Positions 1 through 11,884 are shown, counted from the stretch's first letter. The stretch: 58,825 nucleotides of DNA from Pirellulales bacterium (GCA_041746715.1 JBGTGN010000151.1:1-58825), one strand, 5' to 3'. The notes: generated from the sequence alone by a model not told the origin. Translations and numbers: made by a program.

Positions 1-1001
<1,001 letters not shown>

Positions 1002-1067
1002 GGGAAAGACTCCTGAGAAGGGTTTTTGAGACAGAGAGAACGTGAGAAGAGAAAGCTCAGTACCAAA

Positions 1068-1622
1068 TCACGCAAGCGATTCGGCACCGGCGTCGGCGTG
1101 AGGGCGAACACCAGCCTCGGCGTCGGTGAGCTCGCGGGTGGGGGGGCTCCCACGAACCATCGCGATGCGTCCGGTGCGAACAAGCTCGAGGATGCCGTGA
1201 GGACGCATCATCTCGACAAAAGCCTCGAGCTTCTTCTCCGTCCCCGAGATCTCCACGATGACGCTGTCGGAGGCGACGTCTACGATCCGTCCGCGGAAGA
1301 TGCCGGCCAGTTCCCGAACCTCGGTGCGAGACGAACCCGCCTCGGCCGCCACCTTCACGAGCATCAAGTCGCGTTCCACGAAGTTTCGGGAACTGATGTC
1401 GTCTACATGGACGACCGTGACGATCTTCTCGAGCTGGCGACGAACCTGCTCGAGCACGCGGTTGTCGCCGCGGAGCACGAAGGTCATCCGCGAAAAGCCA
1501 GGGTCTTCGGTCTCGCCGACAGCGAGGCTGTCGATGTTGTAGCCGCGGGAGGCAAGCATTCCCGAGATGTGTGATAGCACGCCTGGGACGTTCTGGACCG
1601 TAGCCGAAATGACGTGCCGCAT
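1068..1622 (-). CDS. ilvN: Acetolactate synthase small (regulatory) subunit
   Basis: 3' part of ORF 1068..2786: [40 protein letters not shown] (ACT domain) ... ILELVRTG. The upstream extension is the antisense shadow of rpsB. Confidence 0.95.
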   Translation of the reverse strand: MRHVISATVQNVPGVLSHISGMLASRGYNIDSLAVGETEDPGFSRMTFVLRGDNRVLEQVRRQLEKIVTVVHVDDISSRNFVERDLMLVKVAAEAGSSRTEVRELAGIFRGRIVDVASDSVIVEISGTEKKLEAFVEMMRPHGILELVRTGRIAMVRGSPPTRELTDAEAGVRPHADAGAESLA

Positions 1623-1785
1623 CGGGGAGTGCATTGCCTGAGTGAGGGAACGAAATCGAAAATCGACCGGAAAAAGCAGATTGTGGAGTGTAGCAGGCCG
1701 TGGAACAAGCCTCCCGCCGGAGGAGGCGGGGATCCCGCTGCCGCCCATCGCCCAAGGCCCGCCACGGGCAAACCATCCGTGCCAA

Positions 1786-1815
1786 TTGACATTGGCCCGG
1801 AAAAGCCGATAGTTT
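1786..1815 (+). promoter_or_regulatory. Putative sigma70 promoter of the rpsB-tsf-pyrH-frr operon
   Basis: TTGACA (1786-1791), 18-nt spacer, TAGTTT (1810-1815), about 70 nt upstream of the rpsB GTG. Confidence 0.5.
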
Positions 1816-1883
1816 GCGGTGCTGCCAGGTTCTTTTTGTCGTCCCTTTTTCCGTCCCCATTCTCCCGAGCGAGTCATCTGCAC

Positions 1884-2687
1884 GTGTCGAACGTTTTGGC
1901 CCAGGAACTGATCGAAGCCGGCGTCCACTTTGGCCATCGTGCCAGCCGCTGGAATCCGAAAATGCGGCCCTACATCCATGGTCGCAAAAACCTCATCCAT
2001 ATTATCGACGTTCGCGAGACGATCCGCGGGCTGCTTCGGGCGCGGAAATACCTCAAGCAGGTCGCCACGACCGACAGCCTCGTGCTCTTTGTCTGCACGA
2101 AGCGGCAGGGCACCGAGGCAATCGCCCGTGAGGCTGCCCGCTGCGGCATGCCGTTTGTGAGCGAGCGCTGGCTCGGTGGCACGCTCACGAACTTCCGCAC
2201 GATCCGCAACCGGCTCGCTAGGCTCGAAGAGCTCGACGACCTCATTCCGAGCGACAAGTTCCAAACCTACTCCAAAAAGATGCAGTCGTCGCTGCGCCGT
2301 GAGCATCGCAAGATGCTGCGAAATCTCGGCGGCATTCGCACGCTGTCGCGGCTGCCTGAGTGCCTCGTGGTGTTTGATCCGAAGAAGGAAAAGAATGCCA
2401 TTAGTGAGGCTCGCAAGATGGGGCTTACCACCGTGGCCCTCATCGACACTGACTGCGATCCCGACCTCGTCGATCTCCCGATCCCAGGCAACGACGACTC
2501 GATTCGTTCGATCGAGTTGGTCGCTGCTCGGCTGGCCGACGCGATCCTCGAGGGCAAGGCCGAATCCGCCACGACCGCGCAGGCCTCGGCAGAGGGTGGC
2601 GATGCTTCGTCGGGCGATGGTGGCAAGCCGAAGCCGCGTGCCCGGCCGATGGTCGCCAAGCGTTCGGTGCCAAAGCCGGTAACCTAA
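1884..2687 (+). CDS. rpsB: 30S ribosomal protein S2
   Basis: [41 protein letters not shown] start inferred at 1884. Confidence 0.98.
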   Translation: MSNVLAQELIEAGVHFGHRASRWNPKMRPYIHGRKNLIHIIDVRETIRGLLRARKYLKQVATTDSLVLFVCTKRQGTEAIAREAARCGMPFVSERWLGGTLTNFRTIRNRLARLEELDDLIPSDKFQTYSKKMQSSLRREHRKMLRNLGGIRTLSRLPECLVVFDPKKEKNAISEARKMGLTTVALIDTDCDPDLVDLPIPGNDDSIRSIELVAARLADAILEGKAESATTAQASAEGGDASSGDGGKPKPRARPMVAKRSVPKPVT

Positions 2688-2810
2688 CAGCCTCGATCCT
2701 TCGCGGAGCGTGCGGTGGCATGCGGCACTCGAACCCGTGTGCCGTGGCCATACCGGCCGGCCGTATCGCCCCCGTCCCTTACCCACCGAAAACGTCCAGG
2801 AGCAGAACCC

Positions 2811-3650
2811 ATGTCAACAATTACTGCGTCGGCCGTGATGGCCCTCCGAGAGAAGACCGGGCTCCCCATGATGGAGTGCAAGAAAGCACTCGCAGAGTGT
2901 GGTGGCAACACCGAGCAGGCGGTCGAGTGGCTGCGGAAGCAAGGCATCAAGACCCAGTCGATGCGGGCCGACCGCGAGACATCCTGCGGCCGGCTGGCGG
3001 TCTTCACCGATCCCGCCAAGGGCGTGGCGGCCATGATCGAATTCAAGTGTGAGAGTCCGCCGGTGGCCAGCAGTGACGACTTCAAGGCGCTTTGCAACGA
3101 CATCGCCAAGACGCTGGCCCTCGGGCCAGGCGCGAAGACACCCGACGAGTTGCTCTCGCAAAAGAGCCTCGCCCATCCCGACAAGACACTCGGCGAGCTC
3201 AAAGACGACCTCTTCAATCGGATGCGAGAGGTATTTGAGCTGTCGCGGATCAAGCGAGTCGATGCCGCGTGTGGCGGCTACGCTCATCACGACGGCTCGA
3301 AGGCGGCGCTCGTCGAGATTGCTGGTGCCAACGCGGCCGAAGCTGCCGAGACGGCGAAGGATATCGCGATGCACGTCGTCGCCCTTGCCCCGGCGGCCAT
3401 CCGCAAGGAAGACCTCGACCCGGCCGTGGTCGATAAGGAGCGCGAGATCCTTTCCGAGGCCGCCCGCAGCGAAGGGAAGCCCGAAAACATCATCGCGAAG
3501 ATGATCGAGGGTCGGCTCCGGAACTTCTTCGCCACGTGCGTGCTCCTCGAGCAGCCCTTTGTGAAGGACGACAAGCAATCAGTCGGCCAGCTCGCGAAGC
3601 AGGCCGGCATCGAGGTGAAGGCCGTCGACAACTGGAAGCTCGGCGGGTGA
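2811..3650 (+). CDS. tsf: Elongation factor Ts
   Basis: [29 protein letters not shown] (UBA-like N-terminus), [30 protein letters not shown]; follows rpsB. Confidence 0.97.
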   Translation: MSTITASAVMALREKTGLPMMECKKALAECGGNTEQAVEWLRKQGIKTQSMRADRETSCGRLAVFTDPAKGVAAMIEFKCESPPVASSDDFKALCNDIAKTLALGPGAKTPDELLSQKSLAHPDKTLGELKDDLFNRMREVFELSRIKRVDAACGGYAHHDGSKAALVEIAGANAAEAAETAKDIAMHVVALAPAAIRKEDLDPAVVDKEREILSEAARSEGKPENIIAKMIEGRLRNFFATCVLLEQPFVKDDKQSVGQLAKQAGIEVKAVDNWKLGG

Positions 3651-4402
3651 ATGCCAACCCTTACCGCCGCGTCCTCCTAAAACTCTCGGGCGAGAGCTTT
3701 GCGCGGGCGGGTGAGCGGGGCATCTCGATGGACGAGGTGGTCCACATCGCCCGGCAGACGGTGCAGGCGGTGGAGCGGGGTGTGGAGCTCGCCGTCGTCA
3801 TCGGTGGCGGCAACATCCTTCGGGGTGGTTCCTTCACCGCGGGCAACGCTGCGATCCAAGAAGCCACCGCCCACTATATGGGCATGCTCGCCACGGTGAT
3901 CAACGGCCTTGCCCTCCAAGACGCGCTCGAAAGCCTCGGGGCACAGACCAGGCTCATGACCGCCATTCGCACCGACGGCGTGGCCGAGCCCTACATCCGC
4001 CGCCGCGCTCGCCGCCATCTCGAGAAGGGGCGAATCGTCATCCTTGCGGCGGGTACCGGCAGTCCGTTTGTCACCACCGACACGGCCGCCGCCCAGCGGG
4101 CCCTCGAGCTTGGGTCCGACATTCTCATGAAGGCCACACGCGTTGATGGTGTCTATTCCGACGACCCTGAGAAGAACCCACACGCGATGCTCTACAGCGA
4201 CCTCTCCTACCAGCAGGTCCGCGAGCAGAACCTCCGCGTCATGGATGCCACGGCGATCTCGCAGTGCATGGAACACGGCATGCCGATCCTCGTCTTCAAC
4301 TATCGGCGCGAAGGCAATATCGAACGGGCTGTAGCCGGCGAACGGATCGGCACGCTCATCGGCACTGCCCGCCGGGCCGTTCCATCCGGCGAGCCTGCCT
4401 AG
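3647..4402 (+). CDS. pyrH: UMP kinase
   Basis: [50 protein letters not shown] overlap with tsf. Confidence 0.97.
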   Translation: MNANPYRRVLLKLSGESFARAGERGISMDEVVHIARQTVQAVERGVELAVVIGGGNILRGGSFTAGNAAIQEATAHYMGMLATVINGLALQDALESLGAQTRLMTAIRTDGVAEPYIRRRARRHLEKGRIVILAAGTGSPFVTTDTAAAQRALELGSDILMKATRVDGVYSDDPEKNPHAMLYSDLSYQQVREQNLRVMDATAISQCMEHGMPILVFNYRREGNIERAVAGERIGTLIGTARRAVPSGEPA

Positions 4403-4426
4403 CACCGTCTCTCGAGGAGCCTCACG

Positions 4427-4987
4427 ATGCCGTCCGATGACATTCTGCTCGACGCCGAAGAACGCATGGAGAAGGCCGTTGAAGTCTTCCGCCATGCCCT
4501 GCAAGGCATTCGCACAGGGCGGGCCAATCCCGGCATTGTCGACTCGCTCCGCGTGGAAGTGTATGGCTCACCGACACCGATCAAGGCCCTTGCCAACGTC
4601 GGCGCTCCTGAGCCCAACCAGATCGTGGTTCGCCCGTTTGACCCCGGCACGATCAAGGACATTGAGAAGGCGATCCAGGCCAGCGGTCTGGGGTTCAATC
4701 CGCAGAGTGACGGCCGCGTGATCCGGATCATCATTCCGTCACTCTCCGCCGACGTCCGTCGCAAGATGACTGGGCGAATCAAGGAACTCGCCGAGGAGTC
4801 GCGGGTGGCGATCCGAAATGTTCGTCGGGATGCCAACAAGGCCGCCGATACCGAACAGTCTGGCGGTGAGATGACCGAAGATGACGCCAAGCGGTGCAAG
4901 GAAGAAGTGCAGGAGCTCACGAAGAAGTACGAGGGCACCGTGGGCGACTATGCGACGGCGAAAGAAGCCGAAGTGATGGAGCAGTAG
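4427..4987 (+). CDS. frr: Ribosome recycling factor
   Basis: IRTGRANP, VEVYGSPT, E..RVAIRNVRRDAN. GAGGAG SD; conserved synteny. Confidence 0.97.
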   Translation: MPSDDILLDAEERMEKAVEVFRHALQGIRTGRANPGIVDSLRVEVYGSPTPIKALANVGAPEPNQIVVRPFDPGTIKDIEKAIQASGLGFNPQSDGRVIRIIIPSLSADVRRKMTGRIKELAEESRVAIRNVRRDANKAADTEQSGGEMTEDDAKRCKEEVQELTKKYEGTVGDYATAKEAEVMEQ

Positions 4988-5084
4988 GTCACGTTCCGTA
5001 GCCTTCGCCCCTCGCCCCTCGCCGCGTTTGACGTCGCCAGTACGAAAGTTGCGGAAGGGCCGCATGCCGACCTATTCTGGCCCT

Positions 5085-5213
5085 ATGGCAACTGCCCAGG
5101 AGACATACGCGAGGCTGGAGAAGGAGTCGCTCTGGGCGACGGCCATGCGGTGTCACCAGGCCCTCGTGAAGAATGCTCACGGTGAGCATGAGCCTGAACG
5201 GAACACACTGTGA
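5085..5213 (+). pseudogene. Short ORF, possibly an N-terminal remnant of a planctomycete nucleotidyltransferase-family gene
   Basis: MATAQETYARLEKESLWATAMRCHQAL resembles, from memory only, N-termini of such proteins. It stops after about 42 aa with a GTGA overlap onto the ABC ATPase. Confidence 0.25.
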
Positions 5214-6181
5214 CCACGCCTCACACCGCCCCTGTGTTTCCTGTCGAGCTCCACAACGTCACAAAGCGGTATGGCCGCCAGACGGTGCTCGACGATGTGT
5301 CGTTCGACGTACCGCCTGGCATCACGGGCCTCGTCGGACCCAATGGCGCCGGGAAGAGCACGCTCGTTCGCGCGATCCTCGGCCTCGTGCGGCTGGCTGG
5401 TGGCAGCGTTCGCGTGCATGGGCTCGATCCGGCGCGGGTGCCTCGGAGTGTTCGACGGCTTACTGGGGTCGTGCCTGAGGACGATGCGACGGTTCCCGGC
5501 CTTTCGGGCGTCGAGATGGTTCAGTATGCGGCGAGGCTCTGCGGCCTGCCGGCGATAGAAGGGCTCAGGCGTGCCCATGAGGTGCTCGACTGGTGCGACG
5601 CTGGGCAGGAACGGTATCGCGCGGTCGAGACGCTCTCGGTGGGCATGCGGCAGAAGGTGGCGTTTGCCGCGGCGATCGTGCATGATCCAGCGATCGTGAT
5701 CCTTGACGAGCCCACCAACGGCCTCGACCCTCTCGAACGTCGGGCCATGCTCGGCCGGCTCGTTTCCCTTGCCCGTGACCACGGCAAGACAATCCTCGTC
5801 TCAACCCATGTGCTACGAGACGTGCAATCGATCTGCGATCGCCTCGTGCTGTTGGTTCGCGGGCGTGTGCGGCTCGCCGGTGGGATTGCCGAGCTCACCG
5901 GCAGCGGCACCACCGACATGCGGCTGCGGGGCACCGGGCCGCTCGGCGAGCTCGTCAGCCGACTCGGCAGCCGCGGTGTGGTCGCCCGCTCCGCTGACGA
6001 TGGCGATGGTGTGATCATCGGAGCGGACGACGCGGCCTCACTCCGCACCGTTTGGGAAGAGGCGATTGGCACTGGCGTGGATGTGCAGTCGCTCGGGCCC
6101 GAAAGGCGGCCGCTCGAGGATGTGTTCTTGGCGGCGCTTACCGCAGCCGATGCCACCGAGGCAATCCATGCCACTGCATGA
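5210..6181 (+). CDS. ABC-2 type transporter ATP-binding protein
   Basis: Walker A GPNGAGKS, signature LSVGMRQK, Walker B VILDEPT, H-loop STH. Confidence 0.93.
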   Translation: MTTPHTAPVFPVELHNVTKRYGRQTVLDDVSFDVPPGITGLVGPNGAGKSTLVRAILGLVRLAGGSVRVHGLDPARVPRSVRRLTGVVPEDDATVPGLSGVEMVQYAARLCGLPAIEGLRRAHEVLDWCDAGQERYRAVETLSVGMRQKVAFAAAIVHDPAIVILDEPTNGLDPLERRAMLGRLVSLARDHGKTILVSTHVLRDVQSICDRLVLLVRGRVRLAGGIAELTGSGTTDMRLRGTGPLGELVSRLGSRGVVARSADDGDGVIIGADDAASLRTVWEEAIGTGVDVQSLGPERRPLEDVFLAALTAADATEAIHATA

Positions 6182-7253
6182 CGTCGGCTACCGAGGTTGG
6201 CACGGGGAGCCAGGTCAGAGCATGGCCGCGGGCGTGATTGCCTCAACGGGCATTCGTCTCGCGCTCAAGAGCACATGGCTGCGACGGGTGATGATCTTTG
6301 CCTGGAGCCCGGCGGTCGTCTTCGCAGGGGCGTTCTTCGCGTTTGAACAGGCCATGGACGACGTAGCCCGCGGGACATGGCATACCAACCCGAGCCACCT
6401 CGACAATCTCGGGCTGCTCGGCAAGCTCGTGACAGACTCACTCGGTGGAAAGCTGGACGAACCAGAGGAGGCCCGTCGCATTGTCTGGTCGCGGCTCCTG
6501 CTGGCGTTCATGCGGGTGCCGCAGACGGTGCTTCTCGCGGTGATCGTGGGGCTCATCGCGCCGCGGCTCATTGCGGGTGATCTCCGGGCGAAAGCGTGGC
6601 TTGTCTACTTTTCACGCCCTGTGTCGCGGGCCTCGTACATTCTTGGCAAGTTCGGCGTGCTCGCAGCAATCGTCTGCCTCGTGACGCTCCTGCCTGCGCT
6701 CGCGCTCTGGGTGCTCGGCGTGCTCGTGAGCCCAAGCGGATGGGTGGCGGTGGCGACATGGGATCTTCCCATTCGGATTCTCGGCGCGTCGGTGGCCGTC
6801 ACGATTCCGACGGTGCTCCTGGCGCTTGCCTTCTCGTCCCTCACAGCCGAGAGTCGAATCGCAACGTTTGCGTGGTTTGCCACATGGGTCGCCTGCTGGA
6901 TCACGCATGGCGCGCTCACCGGCGCCGACATGGCCGCGAGGGCGCGGCCTGACTCGGGGGCGGTCCCGTCGGTGTTTGCCGGAAGCCCCTTTGACGACGA
7001 GCCACCGGTGGTTCGCCGCAGCTCGAAATCGCGACGGCTCGGGTGGCTCGCCCAGGCCGCCGGCATCGACAAAACCACCGATCGCTGGGCTTGGCTCTCG
7101 CTCTTCCACGCCCAAGGGGTCGTGCAGGCGTGGGTGTTTGGCATTGAGAAGCGGTTTCCCGTCGTGCTGCCATCACTTGTCTCGCTCGTCGCGGTGGCTG
7201 CGGGCTCGCTCGTCGTTCTCTTCCTGCGGGTCGATGCCCCGGCGAAGGCTTGA
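6168..7253 (+). CDS. ABC-2 type transporter permease
   Basis: Starts MPLHDVGYRGW. Several hydrophobic segments; LIAGDLRAKAWLVYFSRPVSRASYILGK is a typical ABC-2 permease motif. Confidence 0.85.
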   Translation: MPLHDVGYRGWHGEPGQSMAAGVIASTGIRLALKSTWLRRVMIFAWSPAVVFAGAFFAFEQAMDDVARGTWHTNPSHLDNLGLLGKLVTDSLGGKLDEPEEARRIVWSRLLLAFMRVPQTVLLAVIVGLIAPRLIAGDLRAKAWLVYFSRPVSRASYILGKFGVLAAIVCLVTLLPALALWVLGVLVSPSGWVAVATWDLPIRILGASVAVTIPTVLLALAFSSLTAESRIATFAWFATWVACWITHGALTGADMAARARPDSGAVPSVFAGSPFDDEPPVVRRSSKSRRLGWLAQAAGIDKTTDRWAWLSLFHAQGVVQAWVFGIEKRFPVVLPSLVSLVAVAAGSLVVLFLRVDAPAKA

Positions 7254-7259
7254 GTTGTC

Positions 7260-8246
7260 ATGATCGAGCTCGAACACGCCACAAAACTGTACGGCACGGT
7301 GATTGGGGTCAACGATCTGACCGTCGTGCTCGGGCCGGGTGCGCATGGTCTCCTCGGCCCCAATGGCGCGGGGAAGACAACGCTTCTCGGGCTTGTGACC
7401 GGCCAGCTTCGGCCGACGATGGGCCGGGTGCGGATTTTTGGTGAGCGGCCGTTTGGCAATCCTCGCGTGCTCGCGCGGATCGGCTACTGCCCCGCGGCCG
7501 ACCTCCTCGAACGCGGTGCCACGCCCCGCGAGTGGGTTACCTACCTCGTGCGGATGAATGGTGTGATCGCGGCTTCTGCGAGCAAGCTGGCCGCGTCGGC
7601 AATCGACCGCGTGGGCCTGGGCGAGGCAGCGGATCGGCCGCTCATGACGCTCTCGAAGGGAATGCGTCAGAGGACCAAGCTCGCTGGGGCCATCGCGCAT
7701 GACCCCGATCTCCTGGTGCTCGATGAGCCATTTGTGGGGCTCGATCCTGTGGCCCGGCATGATCTCGTCGTGCTCGTTCGCGAGTGGGCGGGGCGACGGA
7801 GTTTGCTCGTGGCGAGCCACCTGCTCCATGAAATCGAGGCCCTCGATGCGGGTCTCGCGGTGATTCTCGGCGGCCGGCTCGTGGCCAGCGGTGACGTCGA
7901 TGAGATTCACGAACTTGTCGACTCGATGCCTGCCGAGATCCGCATCGAATCGACATCGCCCAGGCGGCTCGCCGAGATCGCCTGCGGGAGTGGGCTTGTG
8001 GATAGCCTCCGGTTTGATGGCCATGCGGGGCTTGCGATCGGCACCCGCGGGCCACGAGAGCTTGCGGCCGTGCTCGGCCGGGCAGCCGTGGCCGAGGGGA
8101 TCGTGATCCTCTCGCTCTCCTCGGGCGATCGTTCGCTCGAGGGTGTGTTTGATCGCCTCGTGCAGCTCCATCGTGGTATCGGGTCAGGGAGCGGAAGCGT
8201 GCGGCCTCCAGCTCCCGCTGGTCTTGCTGCGGAGGGCTTATCATGA
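7260..8246 (+). CDS. ABC-2 type transporter ATP-binding protein
   Basis: GPNGAGKT, LSKGMRQR, LVLDEP, ASH. Confidence 0.93.
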   Translation: MIELEHATKLYGTVIGVNDLTVVLGPGAHGLLGPNGAGKTTLLGLVTGQLRPTMGRVRIFGERPFGNPRVLARIGYCPAADLLERGATPREWVTYLVRMNGVIAASASKLAASAIDRVGLGEAADRPLMTLSKGMRQRTKLAGAIAHDPDLLVLDEPFVGLDPVARHDLVVLVREWAGRRSLLVASHLLHEIEALDAGLAVILGGRLVASGDVDEIHELVDSMPAEIRIESTSPRRLAEIACGSGLVDSLRFDGHAGLAIGTRGPRELAAVLGRAAVAEGIVILSLSSGDRSLEGVFDRLVQLHRGIGSGSGSVRPPAPAGLAAEGLS

Positions 8247-9013
8247 ACGCCCTTCGTGGCATCATGGCGGTCGCCGGGTTTCAGCTTCAACGGCTGATCG
8301 CGCCGCAGCGGCTCGTTCTCGCGCTCATCGGCGCGGCATTCCCTGCGGCGGTGATCCTCGCTGTGCGCCGGGTTGCCGTGGTGATCGACCGCGACGTCGC
8401 CGTGCTCCTGCTCTATGCGCTCATTCCTGAGGCGGTCTGCATGCTGGGGCTGCTCGTGACCATGTGCCCTGTGGTGGCCGATGAGCTCGAACGGGGCACA
8501 TGGCAGCATGTAGCGGTACGCCCCGGCGGACGACGGTCGCTCCTCATCGGCACCTTCGTGGCCGCCGTCGCATGGACCTCCGCGGTGGCGCTGCTTGCGC
8601 TGGCGCTCGCACTTGCGGCAGCCGGCCTTGGGGATTCGGGGCGGCTTGTGCCCATGTTTACGGTGCTTGTGTTTGTTTCATGTGTGGGCCGGGCAGCGCT
8701 CTTCTCGCTGCCTGCGGTGATCGTGCCCAAGCGGGCGCTAGTCGCGAGCGTAGCGGTGGCGTTTGTGGTCGAATATCTCGCCGGGTTTCTTCCGGCGGTC
8801 ATCAACCAACTGACAGTGAGCCTTCGCCTCCGCAGCCTGCTCGTACGATGGATGGAATGGGAGCGACAACTGCCGACGGAACTGAGCCTCATCATCGACA
8901 CGCAGCCCTGGTGGGTGCAGATCATGGGCGTGGTCGCCCTCGCGTCGGTGTTTCTCTTCGCGTCAAGTATCATCCTCGCCCGTCGGCAGTTCCCGCCGGC
9001 CGAGGAGTCGTGA
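8243..9013 (+). CDS. ABC-2 type transporter permease
   Basis: About 6 hydrophobic segments; VADELERGTWQHVAVRP motif; ATGA overlap with the ATPase. Confidence 0.85.
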   Translation: MNALRGIMAVAGFQLQRLIAPQRLVLALIGAAFPAAVILAVRRVAVVIDRDVAVLLLYALIPEAVCMLGLLVTMCPVVADELERGTWQHVAVRPGGRRSLLIGTFVAAVAWTSAVALLALALALAAAGLGDSGRLVPMFTVLVFVSCVGRAALFSLPAVIVPKRALVASVAVAFVVEYLAGFLPAVINQLTVSLRLRSLLVRWMEWERQLPTELSLIIDTQPWWVQIMGVVALASVFLFASSIILARRQFPPAEES

Positions 9014-9014
9014 C

Positions 9015-9752
9015 ATGATCGAAGTCGACCAGCTCGTGAAACACTTTCGTGCGGCCGATGGGTCGATCGTGAAGGCGGTGGACGGTGTGTCGTTTTCGGT
9101 CGCCCCGAGCGAGATCGTGGGACTTTTGGGCGCCAATGGTGCCGGCAAGACAACCACGATGCGGCTGCTGGCAACGCTCCTCGCGCCCACTTCCGGCACG
9201 GCGCGGATCGCGGGGCATGACATTGTGACCGACCCGCTCGGCGTGCGTCGGCATCTCGGCTACCTCTCGGCCACCACCGGCGTGCCCGATCGTCTGACGC
9301 CGCGGGAGGTGCTTGAGTTTGCCGGTCGGCTCCATGGGCTCGATCGTGCGGCGATCGCGGACCGCACAGCCAGCCTTCTTCATACGCTCAGCCTCGAATC
9401 CTGCGCCTCCCGCCCATGTGGCCGGCTCTCGTCGGGCCAGCGGCAGCGGGTCTCGCTTGGCAGGGCGCTCATGCATGATCCACCGGCGCTCGTTCTCGAC
9501 GAACCGACCAACGCCCTTGATGTCGTGGGCTCCCGTGACCTCCTCGACCTCCTCGATCAGCTTCGCGATGCGGGGCGGACGATCCTTGTCTCGACACACC
9601 GGCTCCACGAGATCGAGCGGCGGTGCGATCGGTTCATCGTGATTCACGCTGGTCTCGTGGTCGCGCAGGGCACCCAGCATGATCTTGCCGCTGGCCCCGG
9701 CGACCTCGAGCGAGCATTCTTCGCTGCGGTCGAAGGGACGGGCGAGGTATGA
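9015..9752 (+). CDS. NatA-like ABC transporter ATP-binding protein
   Basis: KAVDGVSF, GANGAGKTT, LSSGQRQR, LVLDEPT, STH. Confidence 0.9.
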   Translation: MIEVDQLVKHFRAADGSIVKAVDGVSFSVAPSEIVGLLGANGAGKTTTMRLLATLLAPTSGTARIAGHDIVTDPLGVRRHLGYLSATTGVPDRLTPREVLEFAGRLHGLDRAAIADRTASLLHTLSLESCASRPCGRLSSGQRQRVSLGRALMHDPPALVLDEPTNALDVVGSRDLLDLLDQLRDAGRTILVSTHRLHEIERRCDRFIVIHAGLVVAQGTQHDLAAGPGDLERAFFAAVEGTGEV

Positions 9753-11860
9753 GCGATCGCGAAAGGAAGAGCCGTTGGGCGGCCATTCGCGGCGTGGCTG
9801 GCCGCGACCTCCTCGAGTTTGTCCGCGACCGGCGGACGCTTTTCGTCACGCTCCTCATGCCGATGGCGATGTATCCGATCCTGGCGCTGGCCAGCACGCT
9901 CGGACTTCGTACAGCGTTGGCCGACCTCGATTCTCGGCAGGCCCCGCTGCCTGTCGCGCTCGTGCTTTCAGGACTGGATGCGCCACGTCTGGCCAGTCGG
10001 ATCGCGGCCATCGTGAACTCGGGCGCCCCCAAACCCCTTGATTGGCCTGCATCCGTTTCCGTCAAGCTCGAGTCGGTCGTGTCGGCCAAGGAGCTGATCG
10101 ATACCGATGCCGCCGACGCATGGGTTCATGTATCGCCCGGCGTGATCGCCGCGCTCGACGGCCAGGATACGCTCCCGCTCGAGATACGGCTTGCCGAGAC
10201 AAGACGCAATGAGTCGCGGCTCCGGCGACACATCCTGGCGATCATGAAGGCGCTCGGCGATGACGCCCGGCATCGGCGAATTGAGACGGCAGGCCTCCCT
10301 GCGACGATTCTCGAGCCAATCCGGGTTCGATTCGCCGACGAGGTAATCAAGCCTCCGTCTCTCGCGCTCGATGGCGTTCTTCCCACGGCGGTCGGTGCGG
10401 TACTCGTGCTCTTGGCCCTCCTCACGGCCACCGGTGGTTTCTATCCGGCCATCGACGCGATCGCGGGAGAGAAGGAGCGAGGCACGATCGAGACGCTTCT
10501 CATCACGCCAGCGAGCACCACCGACATCGTCACAGGGAAGTTTCTCGCGGTTTTTACCGTGACCCTCGTCTCGCTGGCGGCCAACGCGATCTCGGTGAGC
10601 CTCACGATCGCCGTGCTCCTGCGGATTCTTCCGAAAGGCCTCGACCTTGGGATTTCCATGGCCGCGGCCGCGGTCTGCGCCAGCGTCGCGATGCTTGCAT
10701 TCGTGGGTTTGGCGGCAGTATCCGCTGCGGCATGCCTGGCGGTCACGAGCGCCGCGCGGAGCACGAAGGAGGCGCAGAACACGCTGACGCCGGTGATCCT
10801 CCTCACGAGCGGCCTTGCGAGTGCCGCGCTCGTGCCGGGCGTCGGTGGGCCCCTCGTGGCGCTTGTCCCTTTCGCGGGGCAGGTGTGGGTAACCCGTGAG
10901 ACACTCGTTCGGGAATCCACGATGTCGGTTGGGTTCTTGCTGTTTTTGTCGCTGGCATCGTCGATGGCCGTCACATGGGTCTTGCTCCGGGCAGCGGCCG
11001 TGGCGCTCGCTGATGAGGAAGTGCTCTTTCGCGGCCCCGACTCAGCCGGCGGCCTTACCACGCGACCGGGCCCGCGGGATATCCCGACACCGATGCAAGG
11101 CTTCGGCGTGGCGATGGTTGCCTTTGCCCTGCTCTGGTACGCCAACGGCCTCGCGCCCAAAGACCTGACCTTCGCGCTGCCGATGCAGCAGGCGGTGCTC
11201 CTTGTGCCCCTCGCGATCATCGCGCTTTGGCAACGCGTCAATCAGTGGCGAACATTCCGCCTCGTGTGGCCCAGCGGGCCGGGGCGTGGCAGTCTTGTGC
11301 TTGGTGCTGCGGCGGTGGCGGGAGCCGGGCTCTTTGTGACCGGCGCCGCGGTGCTCCTTGCGGTCCGGGGCTCGGAGATGTCGCCGGCTGCTCGCGAGAT
11401 GGCCGAGCAGCTTGTCGCGGTATTGATCGCGCGGCCGTGGTGGGTTGGGTGGCTGCTCATTTCGATCCTCCCGGCTGTCTGCGAAGAGCTCTTCTTCCGA
11501 GGATGGGTGCTGGCCGCATTTGCAGGGAAGCGACCGAGCAGAAGCCGTGCCGTGACCGCGATCCTGCTTCAGTCTGCAGCATTCGCGGCGTTTCATCTCA
11601 TTCCCGAACGCATGCCGCAGACATTTGTGCTCGGTGTGGTGCTCGGCTGGATGACGCTTCAAACCGGCAGCCTCGTGCCAGCGATCGTGGCCCATGCGGC
11701 GCACAACGGCGTGCCACTGATCTTCCTGGGGCTCGCGGGGAGCGATTGGGTGCCTGACCTCGGTGGCGTGGGCCTTCCGTCTTGGGTCGTCGTCTCCGCG
11801 GTCGCCGCCGCCGTCGCCGGTCTCGCGATCGTGCGTCAAGCCGGTACGAAGCGCGCCTAG
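9749..11860 (+). CDS. NatB-like ABC permease fused to a CPBP (Abi/CAAX) intramembrane metalloprotease
   Basis: RDRRTLF and AIDAIAGEKERGTIETLL (NatB-like). C-terminal EELFFRG, FAAFH, HAAHN are the CPBP motifs EExxxR, FxxxH, HxxxN. Confidence 0.9.
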   Translation: MSDRERKSRWAAIRGVAGRDLLEFVRDRRTLFVTLLMPMAMYPILALASTLGLRTALADLDSRQAPLPVALVLSGLDAPRLASRIAAIVNSGAPKPLDWPASVSVKLESVVSAKELIDTDAADAWVHVSPGVIAALDGQDTLPLEIRLAETRRNESRLRRHILAIMKALGDDARHRRIETAGLPATILEPIRVRFADEVIKPPSLALDGVLPTAVGAVLVLLALLTATGGFYPAIDAIAGEKERGTIETLLITPASTTDIVTGKFLAVFTVTLVSLAANAISVSLTIAVLLRILPKGLDLGISMAAAAVCASVAMLAFVGLAAVSAAACLAVTSAARSTKEAQNTLTPVILLTSGLASAALVPGVGGPLVALVPFAGQVWVTRETLVRESTMSVGFLLFLSLASSMAVTWVLLRAAAVALADEEVLFRGPDSAGGLTTRPGPRDIPTPMQGFGVAMVAFALLWYANGLAPKDLTFALPMQQAVLLVPLAIIALWQRVNQWRTFRLVWPSGPGRGSLVLGAAAVAGAGLFVTGAAVLLAVRGSEMSPAAREMAEQLVAVLIARPWWVGWLLISILPAVCEELFFRGWVLAAFAGKRPSRSRAVTAILLQSAAFAAFHLIPERMPQTFVLGVVLGWMTLQTGSLVPAIVAHAAHNGVPLIFLGLAGSDWVPDLGGVGLPSWVVVSAVAAAVAGLAIVRQAGTKRA

Positions 11861-11884
11861 CTGGCTGGCACGAGCGATGGAGTG

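Noticed and set aside
1015-1060. Purine-rich (GA) tract between ilvN and ilvC
   Set aside because: No stem-loop or repeat unit; at most a pyrimidine-rich leader on the mRNA strand.
1623-2786. Apparent long N-terminal extension of IlvN (572-aa ORF)
   Set aside because: Overlaps rpsB on the opposite strand; a stop-poor antisense frame in GC-rich DNA.
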